Shown here piece by piece: positions 25,795 through 39,057 of a stretch of DNA of 64,000 nt. Each line of letters starts with the position of its first letter. Within the stretch, counting starts at the first letter, position 1. Under the pieces are notes generated by a model. The model ran no database searches and was not told the DNA's origin. It saw only the letters and a program-made list of their open reading frames with translations. Made by a program: the position numbers and the translations under genes. Origin of the DNA: Eledone cirrhosa. Taxonomy: Eukaryota. The DNA lies in the NCBI GenBank assembly GCA_964016885.1, contig OZ024763.1, positions 18,910,001-18,974,000 on the forward strand. Reading direction: 5' to 3'.

Positions 25795-26515
25795 AATCCC
25801 GCCGAGGTTAACTTTGCCTTTCATCCTTACGGGGGATCGATAAAATAAAGTACCAGTAATGCACTGGTGGTAATTGCTGGCCTTGTGCCAAAAGTAGAAA
25901 CAATTATTTTAGCTGGTAGAGGGTCAGACGCCATGCTTTGAAGCATAGTTACGTCCCTTTATGATCTGAGTTCAAATCCCGCCGAGATTAACTTTGTCTT
26001 TCATCCTTACGGGGGATCGATAAAATAAAGTAGCAGTAATGCACTAGGGGATAATTGCTGGCCTTGTGCCAAAAGTAGAAACAATTATTTACAGCAGGTG
26101 CAACAGGTGCCCCACGGGCCACAATCCGGCCCGCCAGACCAGTCGGAGTGACCCGCAATGAAGGTGTTTCATGTTTACCTTGTAGGCTTATATAGAATGT
26201 TGTAACCGTAATACAATGTTCTGTTAGTTGACCTAAATACCAAGTCTCACATTAATTGTTTCTACTTTAGGCACAAGGCCAGCAATTCACCAGTGCATTA
26301 CTGGTACTTTATTTTATCACCCTTATAATAATTGTTTCTACTTTAGGCACAAGGCCAGCAATTACCCAGTGCATTACTGGTACTTTATTTTATCGACCCC
26401 GTAAAGATGAAAGGCAAAGTCAATCTCGGCGGGATTTGAACTAAGATCGTAAAGGGACGTAACTCTATGCTGGAAAGCATGGCGTCCGACCCTCTACCGA
26501 TACTGCCAATCTACT
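25795..26515. mobile_element. Cluster of four major-SINE copies (two plus, two minus)
   Basis: Plus 25795-25905 and 25910-26088; minus 26253-26322 and 26330-26515. Confidence 0.9.
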
Positions 26516-27229
26516 AATAAAACTAAATTATATTGTTATACTTTGGGAGGGCCATGTTGCCAATAAGAAACACACGCACCAGTTGCTTTCACTTCAATTT
26601 ATTATAATAAATTTATAAATTTAGGAATTTATAAATTTCCGGTTGGTTGGTTGGTTGGTTCCACAACCAGGTAGTTGTTTATATATTGTCAAAGTTCTTT
26701 CGTCACACATTCTGTGACCTCTTCAGTGACTGGGGATTCTTTTCTTTGTTTTTGTGCCTCTCCTTTGTTCTGTCCTACGCCATTTTGTTTCTGTGTGTGT
26801 GTGTGTTGTGTGCTCGTTCTGCGCATGCGCCACATCCGGGTGTCTGTGTGTGTTTATATTCGTTTATTTATTTGTTTATTTACATGTTACAGGTTGGTTG
26901 TTTGTTCTATGTGCGTGTGTTTTCATTTTGTCCTTAATTGTAAGTTGTGATGTTGCTGTTCCACTCATATTTTCTATTTAATTTTGGTTATAATTCTTTT
27001 TTTTTATTTTTTTTTTATTTTTTTTTTTTTAAATTATTTTTTTTATTTTTTATGTTTATTGCCTAAATTATATTTTATTTCTCTTTATTGTTTAAAAATG
27101 TATTCACAATGTATTTATGACCCAATTCCCTGGTTTTCATTAGATTACATATAGTTGCTCCAGCGTTCAGAGGTGGGCCACCAATAGAATGTGTTGCACA
27201 CTCCTGCTTTACAGTAACGATAATAATAA

Positions 27230-27612
27230 TGGTTTCTTATATAGGCACAAGGCCAGCAATTTTGGCGGAGAAGAAAGTCGATTAAATCGACCCCAGTGCG
27301 TGACTGGTACTTTATTTTATCGACCCCGTAAGGATGAAAGGCAAAGTTAACCTCGGCGGTATTTGAACTCAGACCATAAAGGGCCGTAACTCTATGCTTC
27401 AAAGCATGGCGTCCGAACCTCTACCGATACTGCCAATCCACCAATAATGATTTCTAGTATAGGCACAAGGTCAGTAATTTGGGGGGAGCGGAAAGTTGAT
27501 TAAATCGACCCAAGTACGTGACTGGTGCTTTATTTTATCGTTCCCGTAAGGGCCATAACTCTATGCTGCAAAGCATGGCGTCCGACTCTCTACCGATACT
27601 GCCAATCCACCG
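27230..27612 (-). mobile_element. Two SINE copies of a longer subfamily variant
   Basis: Same head and body with extra aagtcgattaaatcgaccccag segment. Confidence 0.85.
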
Positions 27613-28157
27613 GCCTTGGAAGAGGAAGAGATATAATGGAAGAATCAACCCTAGTATTGTACTGGTACTTTGTGTGTGTGTGTGAGAGAGAGAGAGAGAG
27701 TCTATCATCACCATTTGCCGTCTGCATTATATTTACCGACCTCGAAAGGTTGAAAGGCACCTACAGTTTATGCCAAGTGAAACTGTAAGACCATCATCCC
27801 TGTATAATCTTTTCCCAACGTTCTAACGATTCTGCCAATTCACCATCTACAGTTTATATCAGGTGAAACTCTAAGGCCATCATCCCGGTATAAGCTTACT
27901 CCCGAGGTAGGAAATTCTTTATTCAAAATGCATAAAATATAAATTGGAATAATGTCTTTACTGCCATCGAGGGATCCCGTGGGAGACCAACATCAATGAA
28001 TTCGTCTAGATAACTACTACTACAACTACTACTACTATAATTACTACTACTACTACTACTACAACTACTACTACTATAATTACTACTACTACTACTACTT
28101 TTACTACTACTACTACTACTACTACTACTATAATTACTACTACTACTACCACTACTG

Positions 28158-28191
<34 letters not shown>

Positions 28192-28389
28192 AATCACAAC
28201 CACAACAACCACCACCATCACTACCACTACCACTACCATTTACCTTTAACAACACCACCACTAGCCATCAAGTTAGTCAGAGAATCTCACACACACACAC
28301 ACTCACAGATCTCTTACTCTCTCTCTAACCTCCGCCTCTCCTCATCCCTCTCTCTCGCATCTTCAATCTCTCTTCCCTCTCCTCTATTT

Positions 28390-28850
28390 CTCTCATATAT
28401 ATATATATCTCCCTCTCTCTCCTATATCTCCCCCTCTCTCCTATATCTCCCCCTCTCTCCCTATATCTCCCCCTCTCTCCCTATATCTCCCCCTCTCTCC
28501 CTATATCTCCCCCTCTCTCCCTATATCTTCCTCTCTCCTATATCTCCCTCTCTCCTATATCTCCCTCTCTCTCTCCCTATACCTCCCTCTCTCTCCCTAT
28601 ACCTCCCTCTCTCTCCCTATACCTCCCTCTCTCTCCCTATATCTCCCTCTCTCCTATATCTCCCCCTCTCTCCCTATATCCCTCTCTCCTATATCTCCCC
28701 CTCTCTCCCTATATCCCTCTCTCCTATATCTTCCCTTCTCTCCCTATATCTCCCTCTCTCTCCTATATCTCCCGCTCTCTCCTATATCTCCCCTATATCT
28801 CCCTCTCTCTCCTTATACCTCCCTCTCTCTCCTATATCTCCACTCTCTCC
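28390..28850. repeat. ~18-20-bp pyrimidine-rich tandem repeat (ctctctccctatatctcc)
   Basis: Direct inspection. Confidence 0.9.
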
Positions 28851-28859
28851 CCCCTTTAA

Positions 28860-28896
<37 letters not shown>

Positions 28897-28914
28897 CTCC
28901 CCTCTCTCTAACTT

Positions 28915-28945
<31 letters not shown>

Positions 28946-29549
28946 TATCTCTCTACCCCCACCTTTAGTCCCCCCCCCCCACCTTTAGTCTCTCTCTCTC
29001 CAGTTGTCTGTCTGTTCTATTCACAAGTCTGACATTGACAACAGGAAACATCAGCAGTGTTTGAGACTGGGACAGTGGAGTGGGGGTGAGGGGCTGGCAG
29101 TGCAGAGGTGGGGGGGGGGGGAGAGGGAGTCGATAATAAGACGGAGGTGATGGTGAGGGTGGGGGTGGAGAATGCCCATGGGTGGGATGGAGACACTCAC
29201 ACACACTCTGACACACACACACACACTACAGACACAATGACAATGACACTACAGACCCACACACTGTCACACACACACTACAGACACAATGACACTGATA
29301 GACACACACACACACTGCAGACACAATGACACTGATAGACACACACACACACGCACAGACACACACACTACAGACACAATGACACTGATAGACACACACA
29401 CACACACACACACTGCCCTGCCCAACACACATTGGCCACCACCCCTCCCCCAGCCCCAGTCACGTGACATGGGTCACTGGAACACTGTTATTTGGACAAT
29501 TGTACAGTTAGAAATAAATAAATTTTGATTGACCCAATTTATTTCTTTA

Positions 29550-30600
29550 TTCCTTCGTTCCTTTATTCCTTCGTTCCTTCATTCCTTCATTCCCTCGTTC
29601 CTTCGTTCAACCATTCCCTCGTACACACTTTCACTCTTTCACCCGTTCCCTCATTCCCTCGTTCTTTCATTCCCTCTTTCATTCACTCGCTCACTCGTTC
29701 CCTCATTCACTCGTTCAGTCGTTCACCCATTCCCTTGTTCATTCGTTCCCTCATTGACTTATTCTCTTATGCACCCATTCACTCATTCAATCGTTCATTG
29801 ATTCACTCATTCACTCGACCTCTCATTCACTCGACCTCATTCACTTAATCTCTCATTCACTTAATCTCTCATTCACTTAATCTCTCATTCACTTAATCTC
29901 TCATTCACTTAATCTCTCATTCACTTAATCTCTCATTCACTCGATTCCTCGATCTCTCGTTCACTCGATCTCTCATTCACTCATACACTCTTTCCCTCGT
30001 TCACTCATTCGCTCTTTCCCTCATTCGCTCTTTCCCTCATTCGCTCTTTCCCTCATTCGCTCTTTCCCTCATTCGCTCTTTCCCTCGTTCACTCTTTCCC
30101 TCGTTCACTCTTTCCCTCGTTCACTCATTCGCTCTTTCCCTCGTTCACTCATTAAACTCTTTCCCTCGTTTACTCATTCACTCTTTCTCTCGTTCACCCA
30201 TTCACTCTTTCCCTCGTTCACTCATTCACTCTTTCCCTCGTTCACTCATTCACTCTTTCCCTCGTTCACTCATTCACTCTTTCCTTCGTTCACTCATTCG
30301 CTCTTTCCCTCATTCGCTCTTTCCCTCGTTTACTCATTCACTCTTTCCCTCGTTTACTCATTCACTCTTTCCCTCGTTCACTCATTCACTCTTACCCTCG
30401 TTCACTCATTCACTCTTACCCTCGTTCACTCATTCACTCTTACCCTCGTTCACTCATTCACTCTTTCTCTCGTTCACCCATTCACTCTTTCCCTCGTTCA
30501 CTCATTCACTCTTTCCCTCGTTCACCCATTCACTCTTTCCCTCGTTCACCCATTCACCCTTTCTCTCGTTCACCCATTCACTCTTTCTCTCATTACCTTA
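29550..30600. repeat. Degenerate 16/24-bp tandem repeats (cattcactctttccctcgttcact)
   Basis: Direct inspection. Confidence 0.9.
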
Positions 30601-31061
30601 TGCAATTATTCACTCATTCTTTTGTTGATTCATTCGTTTCTTTATTCATTTATTCACCAATTAAAATTTTAATTAATTTATTGATTCATTTAATTTTTAA
30701 TTAATTCAATTTTTAATTTAATAAGTTAAGCCACTCTTTTAATTTTCAATGATTAATTCCTTCATTCAAATTTTAATAAACTCATTCATTTATTCTTCCA
30801 TTCACTGGGTTTTTCTTCTTTTCTTGATTCTTTCATTTATCGATTCACTAATTCATTCACTCATTTGTTTACTCTTTCATTCGTCATTCTAGTCTTTCAT
30901 TCGTCATTCATTCACTCATAGTCAATATATCGATCTACCATGGTCAATCAACCCTCTGAAACGATGGTAAAACAATGAACTAATTAAAAATCTCTCTTCG
31001 ACCAGTGTTTTATTTTCATTGTTCAACACACACACACACACACAGACACACACACACACAG

Positions 31062-31095
<34 letters not shown>

Positions 31096-31388
31096 ACACA
31101 CACACACACAGACACACACACACACAGACACACACACACACACACACACAGACACACACACACACAGACACACAGACACACAGACACACACACACAGACA
31201 GACAGACAGACACACACAGACAGACAGACAGACAGACAGACATACAGACAGACACATGCGAGAGAAACCACATAACTGTTGACCCGGTAAAGGAAATAAA
31301 TAAATATTCTTAAAAGGACTCCTGTTGCATTTTCGATTTCTTTTCCTGATATATATATATATATATATACATATATATACAGTATATA

Positions 31389-31427
<39 letters not shown>

Positions 31428-31433
31428 ATACAG

Positions 31434-31473
<40 letters not shown>

Positions 31474-31475
<2 letters not shown>

Positions 31476-31662
31476 ACGAAGAGTTGTGGTAAGGAACCAG
31501 GTGGACCATAACGCACCAGAGTACTCAATACTTAGGGTAGTAGAGTGGGTAATAGAAAAAAGTATGACCCCGACGGCAGAGCTCAAGCCGTTTCGACGGT
31601 TATTTCTGGACTGAATTAGCCGTCGAAAAGGCTTGAGCTCTGCCGTCGGGGTCATACTTTTT

Positions 31663-31699
<37 letters not shown>

Positions 31700-31903
31700 C
31701 GAAGGAAATGTGGTAAGGAACCAGGTGGACCATAACGCACCAAAGTACTCAATACTTAGGGTAGTAGAGTGGGTAATAGGAACGAGTAGGACCCCGACGG
31801 CTGAGCTCAAGCCGTTTCGACGAAATTTTTTTTTTTTTTTTTTTAGTCCAGAATTAGCCGCCGAAACGGCTTGAGCTCAGCCGTCGGGGTCCTACTCGTT
31901 CCT
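31474..31903 (-). mobile_element. Two tandem family B fold-back elements separated by (TA)n
   Basis: 31474-31666 (apex 31607-31612) and 31697-31903; long arm on minus strand, short inverted arm ends at ttccta then (TA)n. Confidence 0.85.
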
Positions 31904-31929
31904 ATATATATATATATATATATATATTC

Positions 31930-32185
31930 ATTCTGTCATCACTACCACAGAGGTCCGGCGAGCTTTTGATTCAAGAGTAGGGCTAGATCAATACAGATCG
32001 AATCCTCAGCTGATCAGTAGCGAAACGCGCGCCACAAACGAATAAACGTAATGAAGGAGTAACCATTCACCATTGTATTATTATTGCCGAGGTTCACTTT
32101 GCCTTTCATCCTTACGGGGATGATAAAATAAAGTACCAGTAATACACTGAGATAATTGCTGGCCTTGTCCCAAAAGTAGAAACTA
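31930..32185 (+). mobile_element. Composite family K + SINE 3' half (second copy)
   Basis: Homologous to 17665-17935, flanked by TA runs. Confidence 0.6.
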
Positions 32186-32275
32186 TATATATATATATGT
32201 GTGTGTGTGAATGAAGTAATTCCGTCGGAAAAGTCCAGGAAAAAAGAGTGCTCTATGTAGGTAACAGAGCTTAAT

Positions 32276-32509
32276 AGTTATGTAATAAACAACATAAGGC
32301 AATTATTCCATTTACCAGTGGTTTCTTAAAAGCAAAAGATTTTGCTTTCAATCCTCAGAATGAAAAAATCCTGGTCTGTTTATTGAATTTGGATTTTTAA
32401 AAAATCCAAATTCAATAAACAGACCAGGATTCTGAGGATTGAAAGCAAAATCTTTTGCTTTTAAGAAACCACTGGTAAATGGAATAATTGCCTTATGTTG
32501 TTTATTACA

Positions 32510-32516
<7 letters not shown>
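32276..32516. mobile_element. Family E fold-back element with inverted hammerhead pair
   Basis: Palindrome centred on ggatttttaaaaaatcc (32391-32407), arms ~120 bp, short deletion in right arm. Confidence 0.85.
32306..32365 (-). ncRNA. Type I hammerhead ribozyme (family E), GUA triplet
   Basis: ttcatt-CTGAGGA-TTGAAAGCAAAA-tc-TTTTGCTTTTAA-GAA-ACC-act-GGT-A-aatgga; plus-strand mirror at 32429-32480 has a shortened stem I. Confidence 0.8.
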
Positions 32517-32575
<59 letters not shown>

Positions 32576-32651
32576 TGTAATAAACAACATATGTTGATTT
32601 AAAACTGAACTGATTTAAAAGTGTTTTTTAACCTTCATATCATGTCTTCCT

Positions 32652-32721
32652 GTTTTATCTGATGAAAACACAAATATTATTGCATGATGATATTTGTTTT
32701 TGAAATGCGCATAATAAAATA
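32652..32721 (+). ncRNA. Type I hammerhead ribozyme (family D), AUA triplet
   Basis: ttttat-CTGATGA(32659-65)-AAAcACAAATAT..ATATTTGTTTTT-GAAA-TGCGC-ATA-ataaaa. Confidence 0.8.
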
Positions 32722-32751
32722 CATGGAACTCTTTTAACCATCTTTTGTTCT

Positions 32752-32794
<43 letters not shown>

Positions 32795-32930
32795 GTGAGT
32801 TTTATTGTAGCACAATAAAGCAATGCAAATATCGGATATAATTGTTTCTACTTTTGGCACAAGGCCAGCAATTATCCCAGTGTATTACTGGTACTTTATT
32901 TTATCGACCCCGTAAGGATGTATAAATAAT

Positions 32931-33195
32931 ATGGTTAAAAGAGTTCCATGTATTATATTATGCGCATTTCAAAAACAAATATCATCATGGGATGATATTT
33001 GCGTTCTCATCAGATAAAATAGGGAGACATGATATGAAGTTTAAAAAAGACTTGCGAGCAGTGAAGTGTTAAATCTACATATGATATGTCTCCCTATTTT
33101 ATCTGATGAGAACGCAAATATCATCCCATGATGATATTTGTTTTTGAAATGCGCATAATAAAATACATGGAACTCTTTTAACCATCTTTTGATCT

Positions 33196-33200
<5 letters not shown>
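32931..33200. mobile_element. Family D fold-back element with two inverted hammerheads (32950-33022 minus; 33095-33165 plus)
   Basis: About 32931-33030 is the reverse complement of 33087-33186; CTGATGA at 33103 (+) and 33007-33013 (-). Confidence 0.85.
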
Positions 33201-33254
<54 letters not shown>

Positions 33255-34015
33255 GCGACGAAATGCCTACGACGGTTGGATGGCCACTGATGAGGACAAA
33301 CTTTTTTATATGTAACCCATTTGCAGCGCCGCAGCTCCATTATTATCATATTTACATATATATATATATATCGATCTTCCACGGTCTATCGACCCTCTGA
33401 AACGATCCTAACACAATGAACTAATTTACTACCTCTCTCTGACTTATTTTGCACACACATATACACGCACACACACACACACACATATATATACACAAAC
33501 ACACTATCTATCTCTATATACATACATACACACCTCCCCCTCACTCTCCCTCACTCTCTTTTTTTCTTTCTCTCTCCATCTCTCTCTCTCCATCTCTTTC
33601 TCTCCATCTCTCTCTCCATCTCTCTCTCTCCATCTCTCTCTCTCCATCTCTCTCTCTCCCCATCTCTCTCTCCATCGCTCTCTCTCTCCATCTCTCTCTC
33701 CATCGCGCTCTCTCTCTCTCCATCTCTCTCTCTCCATCTCTCTCTCCATCTCTCTCTCTCTCTCTCCATCTCTCTCTCCATCTCTCTCTCTCACCATCTC
33801 TCTCTCTCTCTCTCTCTCTCTCCATCTCTCTCTCTCTCTCCATCTCTCTCTCTATATATATGTGTGTGTGTGTGTCTGTGTGTGTCTGTGTGGGGGGTGG
33901 GGGGTGGTGTCTGTGTGTTTGTGTGTGTGTCTGTGTGTGTCTGGGTGTGTGTGTGTCTGTGTGTGTGTCTGTGTGTGTGTGTGTGTGTGTCTCTGTGTGT
34001 TTGTGGGTGTGTGCA

Positions 34016-34048
<33 letters not shown>

Positions 34049-34699
34049 CTGTGTGTGTTTGAGTGTGTGTCTGTTTGTGTGTCTGTCTGTGTGTGTCTGT
34101 GTGTTTGTGTGTGTGTCTGTGTCTGTCTGTGTGTGTGTATGTGTGTGTGTGTGTGAGTGTGTGTGTGAGTGTCTGTGTGTGTGTGTGTCTGTGTGTGTCT
34201 GTGTGTCTACAGAATAGTAAATTATTGACATAAAACTAAAAATAGATTCAATATTCCATTCTCCGCCCTCCCCACCATGTCTGTCTACAGTCTTAACAGA
34301 CAGAACTCTCTGTCACTGATTAAAGCTGAGACACTCACCACCAATTTGTTACACTACACCACCACCACACCACCACAGAGCAACACACTACACCACCACA
34401 GAACACACACTACACCACACACTACACTACACCACCATCACCACAGAACACCACACCACCACCACACTACAATACAACAAACCACACCACCACCACAGTA
34501 CACCACTCTACACCACACCACACCACACCATACTTCACATCACATCACCACACCACCACACCACATCTCACCACAACGCCATACAGCACCTCACAACACC
34601 AGACGACATCACACCACACACTACCACACCAAACTCTACCACACGACACATCACAACAACACACCATTAGAGGACTGTTTAAAGCTAAGACCTACATAC

Positions 34700-35180
34700 C
34701 CCACTAGAGCACAAGACCACCAGACGACCTGACCACCAGGCAACCAAACCACCAGACGACCTGACCAGCAGACAACCAAACCACCAGACGACGTGACCAC
34801 CAGACCACCTGATCACCAGTCCACCTGACCACGAGACCACCGGACCACCTGACCATCAAACGACCTGACCACCAAACCACCAGACCACTTGACCACAGAA
34901 CCACCAAACCACAAGACCACCTGAACACCAGACCACCAGACCGTCAGCCGACCTGACCACCAGAACACCAAACCACCAGACCATCTGACGACCTGTCCAC
35001 CAAACGACTTGACCACCAGAATACCAAACCACCAGACCATCAGACGACCTGACCACCAAACGACCTGACCACCAGATCACAAGACCACCAGACAACCTGG
35101 CCTTCAGACACCCTGACCACCAAACGACCTGATCACCAGACCACCTGACCACCAGACCAGACGACATGACCATCAGACGT
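34700..35180. repeat. Degenerate ~15-25-bp tandem repeat (accaccagacgacctg)
   Basis: Direct inspection. Confidence 0.85.
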
Positions 35181-35329
35181 ACTAAGATCAGCACAACTGG
35201 AGTCTCCTCACTGACGTTAGTTTCAATCATTTAATAAAGACATATTTTATCCACCAGTTTTCTAGATAAATCTATAACACCGCCCCATCTTTCTCTCTTA
35301 TTAACTCAATCAATTACTCTCTGTGAGCC

Positions 35330-35360
<31 letters not shown>

Positions 35361-36292
35361 ATGTATGTATGTATGTATGTATGTATGTATGTATGTATGT
35401 ATGTATGTATGTATATCTATATGTGTATGTATGAAGCATCTATATCTATCTATCTATATATGTATATATATATAATTGTTTCTACTATTGGCACAAGGCC
35501 AGAAATTACCCAGTACATTACTGGTACTTTATTTTATCGACCCCGTAAGGATGAAAGGCAAAGTTAACCTCGGCGGGATTTGAACTCAGAATGGCAAGGG
35601 CCGTAACTCTATGCGTCAAAGCATGGTGTCCGAATATATATATAATGTATATATATATAATGTATATATATATATATATAATGTATATATATATAATGAA
35701 TATATATATATAATGTATATATATATATATAATGTATATATATATATAATGTATATATATATAATGTATATATATATATAATGTATATATATATAATGAA
35801 TATATATATATAATGTATATATATATAATGTATATATATATAATGTATATATATATAATGTATATATATATAATGTATATATATATAATGTATATATGTA
35901 TATATATATAATGTATATATGTATATATATATAATGTATATATATATATATATATAATGTATATATATATAATGTATATATGTATATATATATAATGTAT
36001 ATATGTATATATATATAATGTATATATATATAATGTATATATGTATATATATATAATGTATATATGTATATATATATAATGTATATATGTATATATATAT
36101 AATGTATATATATATAATGTATATATGTATATATATATAATGTATATATGTATATATATATATATGTATATATATATGTATATATGTGTGCGTGTCTACC
36201 CGACTGCTTGTTTATGTGAGTACGTATATATATATATATACATACATACATATGTGTGTGTGTGTGTCTACGTATATATATCTATATGTATG

Positions 36293-36325
<33 letters not shown>

Positions 36326-36673
36326 ATGTTTATATATATATATACATATATATGTCGTCTAACAAAACGTTCATTGACACCACAACTAAAGGTTTAATCA
36401 ATAAATACACCCAACACAGTAGCTCTGTGGCTGTCAGTACAGGGTGACCCCCCCCCAGCCATCCAGACCTGGCATCCACCGTCCGTTTATGTAAACAGCA
36501 CAATGAGGGGTGGGTGGATGTTAGCAGGGGTAGACACAAGGAAGGACACATATATGCATACAAACATATATATATGTATGCATACAAACATATATATATA
36601 TTTATATGTATATATATGATTATATGTATGCATATATATATTATATATATATGTATATATATATATAAATATG

Positions 36674-36860
36674 GGCGGTGGATTGGCAGTATCGGTAGAG
36701 GGTCGGACGCCATGCTTTCCAGCATAGTTACGTCCCTTTACGATCTGAGTTCAAATCCCGCCGAGGTTAACTTTGCCTTTCATCCTTACGGGGTCGATAA
36801 AATAAAGTACCAGCAATGTACTGGGTAATTGCTGGCCTTGTGCCTAAAGTAGAAACAATT
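36674..36860 (+). mobile_element. Major SINE, full copy (other copies 35475-35632 -, 39148-39325 -, 53500-53710 +)
   Basis: Near-identical to 23441-23630. Confidence 0.9.
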
Positions 36861-36960
36861 ATATATATATATATATATATAGAAGTGGTTACACAACAGT
36901 TAGTTCACCATACCGAGGACAATTATTTCACCTTAGCGGATCCGAAGCAAAATTACAGGC

Positions 36961-37383
36961 ACCAATAACACCTTCAACCTGAAATCGAGAGCCTACCCTC
37001 CTAAGGTAACTGAACTTGCTCCTTTCGAGGCGAACCTTCTTGACTTAGTCGTTAACATTTCCTTTCGCAAACACCCAAACATCTTTCAAACTAAACTCAG
37101 AAATGACATTAAGAAATTTAGGTCTTCTAATAACACTTTCGTTCTTTCCGACAAAACTAATAATATTTACGAAGTCGACAACACCACTTTCCGCCACCTG
37201 GCCCATAACGCTATTACTTCCAAATATAAGAAAGCTAACCCTATGGCCTACCACGACATTAATACTGAAGCCAAAGAACTTGGTGCCGCCCTTAAGGTAG
37301 ATAAGAACCTACAATCTCTAGCTAAGCGGGAGGCGTTCCTGACCCTGAAAGATCACAAGGTAGACTTTACTTCTAACCCCACA
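36961..37383 (+). pseudogene. Penelope-like reverse transcriptase N-terminal region (141 stop-free codons, missed by ORF track)
   Basis: FNLKSRAYPPKVTELAPFEANLLDLVVNISFR..FQTKLRNDIK..VLSDKTNNIYEV..ITSKYKKA..INTEAK..AFLTLKDHKVDFTSNPT; DKT corresponds to the PLE DKG motif, LKDHK..P to RT motif 1. Confidence 0.85.
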
Positions 37384-37386
37384 GAT

Positions 37387-37429
37387 TACGAGCTGAGGAT
37401 CCGGTAAGGTGAAACTATTGTTCTGCGTA
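37387..37429 (+). ncRNA. Minimal hammerhead ribozyme in PLE pLTR
   Basis: TACG-AG-CTGAGGA-T-CC-ggtaa-GG-T-GAAAC-tatt-GTT-CT-g-CGTA. Confidence 0.65.
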
Positions 37430-37519
37430 TGGCGAACTAACTGTTGTGTAACCACTTCTACCTAACTCGTCCCATGGGCTGTGCTCTACCACTACGGATA
37501 TTACCTTCCAGTGTTCTAC

Positions 37520-37553
<34 letters not shown>

Positions 37554-37561
<8 letters not shown>

Positions 37562-37789
37562 ATACTTTGGGAGGGTCATGTTGCCAATAAGAAACACACG
37601 CACCAGTTGCTTTCACTTCAATTTATTATATATTTATAAATTTATAAATTTACAAATTTACAAACTTATAAATTTCTGGTTGGTTGGTTGGTTGGTATAT
37701 TGGCAACATGACCCTCCCAAAGTATAACAATATCGGTTTCAACACACGATTTCAGATAAAGAATCTTGCTAAACAAATTCAGAAACGAA

Positions 37790-37790
<1 letters not shown>
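37554..37790. mobile_element. Family J element with 36-bp inverted repeat, in (TA)n
   Basis: atattgttatactttgggagggtcatgttgccaata at ~37554-37589 and its reverse complement at ~37698-37733; related pieces at 26530-26660 and 5660-5682. Confidence 0.65.
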
Positions 37791-37831
<41 letters not shown>

Positions 37832-37997
37832 CATAAATCATGTCTATAGAATTATTAGATAAATAAAATATATATCTAATAATTCTATAGACATGATTTA
37901 TGATATATTGGTCTGATTATTTAATTTATTAATTCTTCATAGAGCCACAAAGTGACCGGTTGCAACATATATAACTTTATGTATATGTAAACCTTTA

Positions 37998-38040
<43 letters not shown>

Positions 38041-38259
38041 GTATTTGTATGTATGTATGAATATATTATATATATATATATGTATTTGTATGTATGTATG
38101 AATATATTATATATATATATGTATGTATTATATACATTGTATATGTTATACATATTGTGTATAAACCATTGCATAATACCACAGCTGCAAGCAGGATTTT
38201 TACAGAAACAATCGTTATGCAATAAATTAATGTTATACTGAAGCATTCAACGGTTACTT

Positions 38260-38314
<55 letters not shown>

Positions 38315-38323
<9 letters not shown>

Positions 38324-38730
38324 TAAACGGAATAGAAAATGCTGACAAATTGTTCACAGTTAAAAATAGTTTAATTAGGAATAAGTGAGAATTAGTAATA
38401 GTATTGGTTAGTATTCAGTATTGGTTTTAAGTTTTACCGGTTGCGCATTTCTAATGCTTTTCAAACATAATTTTGAGATAGAGCGTCCGTGATATTTGTT
38501 CAGATCAGAACAAACATCACGGACGCTCTATCTCAAAATTATGTTTGAAAAGCATTAGAAATGCGCAACCGGTAAAACTTAAAACCAATACTGAATACTA
38601 ACCAATACTATTACTAATTCTCACTTATTCCTAATTAAACTATTTTTCACTGTGAACAATTTGTCAGCATTTTCTATTCCGTTTACCAATATATCATAAC
38701 TTGTGTGTTACACCTCTATTCTTTTAAATA
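38315..38730 (+). mobile_element. Family F fold-back element (~187-bp arms)
   Basis: 38315-38501 is the reverse complement of 38508-38694 with few mismatches; apex agatca; (TA)n both sides. Confidence 0.85.
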
Positions 38731-38749
38731 TATATATATATATATATAT

Positions 38750-38965
38750 CTTGGACGATCGACTTTCGTCAAATCGGACCGAGGGAACAATGTTTCCGTT
38801 GGTCTTTCCAATTGCTAATACTATCTATCGGTCGCAACTCCAGGTAGAAGGAGCAATGTGAAATAAAGTGTCTTGCTCAAGGACATAACGCATCGCCTGG
38901 TCCAGGAATCGAACTCACATCCTTACGATTGCGAATCCAATTCTCTAACCACTCAGCCACACGCC
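38750..38965 (-). mobile_element. Second tRNA-derived SINE family
   Basis: Minus strand A-box tggctgagtgg, B-box gagttcgattc, then tgtccttgagcaagacact typical of SINE central domains. Confidence 0.85.
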
Positions 38966-38969
38966 TTCA

Positions 38970-39057
<88 letters not shown>

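Larger units (their letters stand above)
36881..37523 (+). mobile_element. Internally deleted Penelope-like element: inverted partial pLTR, RT N-terminal fragment, pLTR with hammerhead; in (TA)n
   Basis: 36881-36948 is an inverted diverged copy of 37392-37460; open frame 36961-37383; (TA)n on both sides. Confidence 0.85.

Noticed and set aside
26092-27206. hAT-like MITE ends enclosing nested SINEs
   Set aside because: Left terminus degenerate, no 8-bp TSD found
33285-33325. CTGATGAGG motif in a (TA)n-flanked island
   Set aside because: No downstream GAAA after stem II
37554-37733. MITE with 36-bp TIRs
   Set aside because: The copy at 26530 lacks the right repeat and sequence continues beyond it; fits fold-back better
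38880-38965. tRNA gene
   Set aside because: A/B boxes present but continues into a SINE body; no acceptor stem
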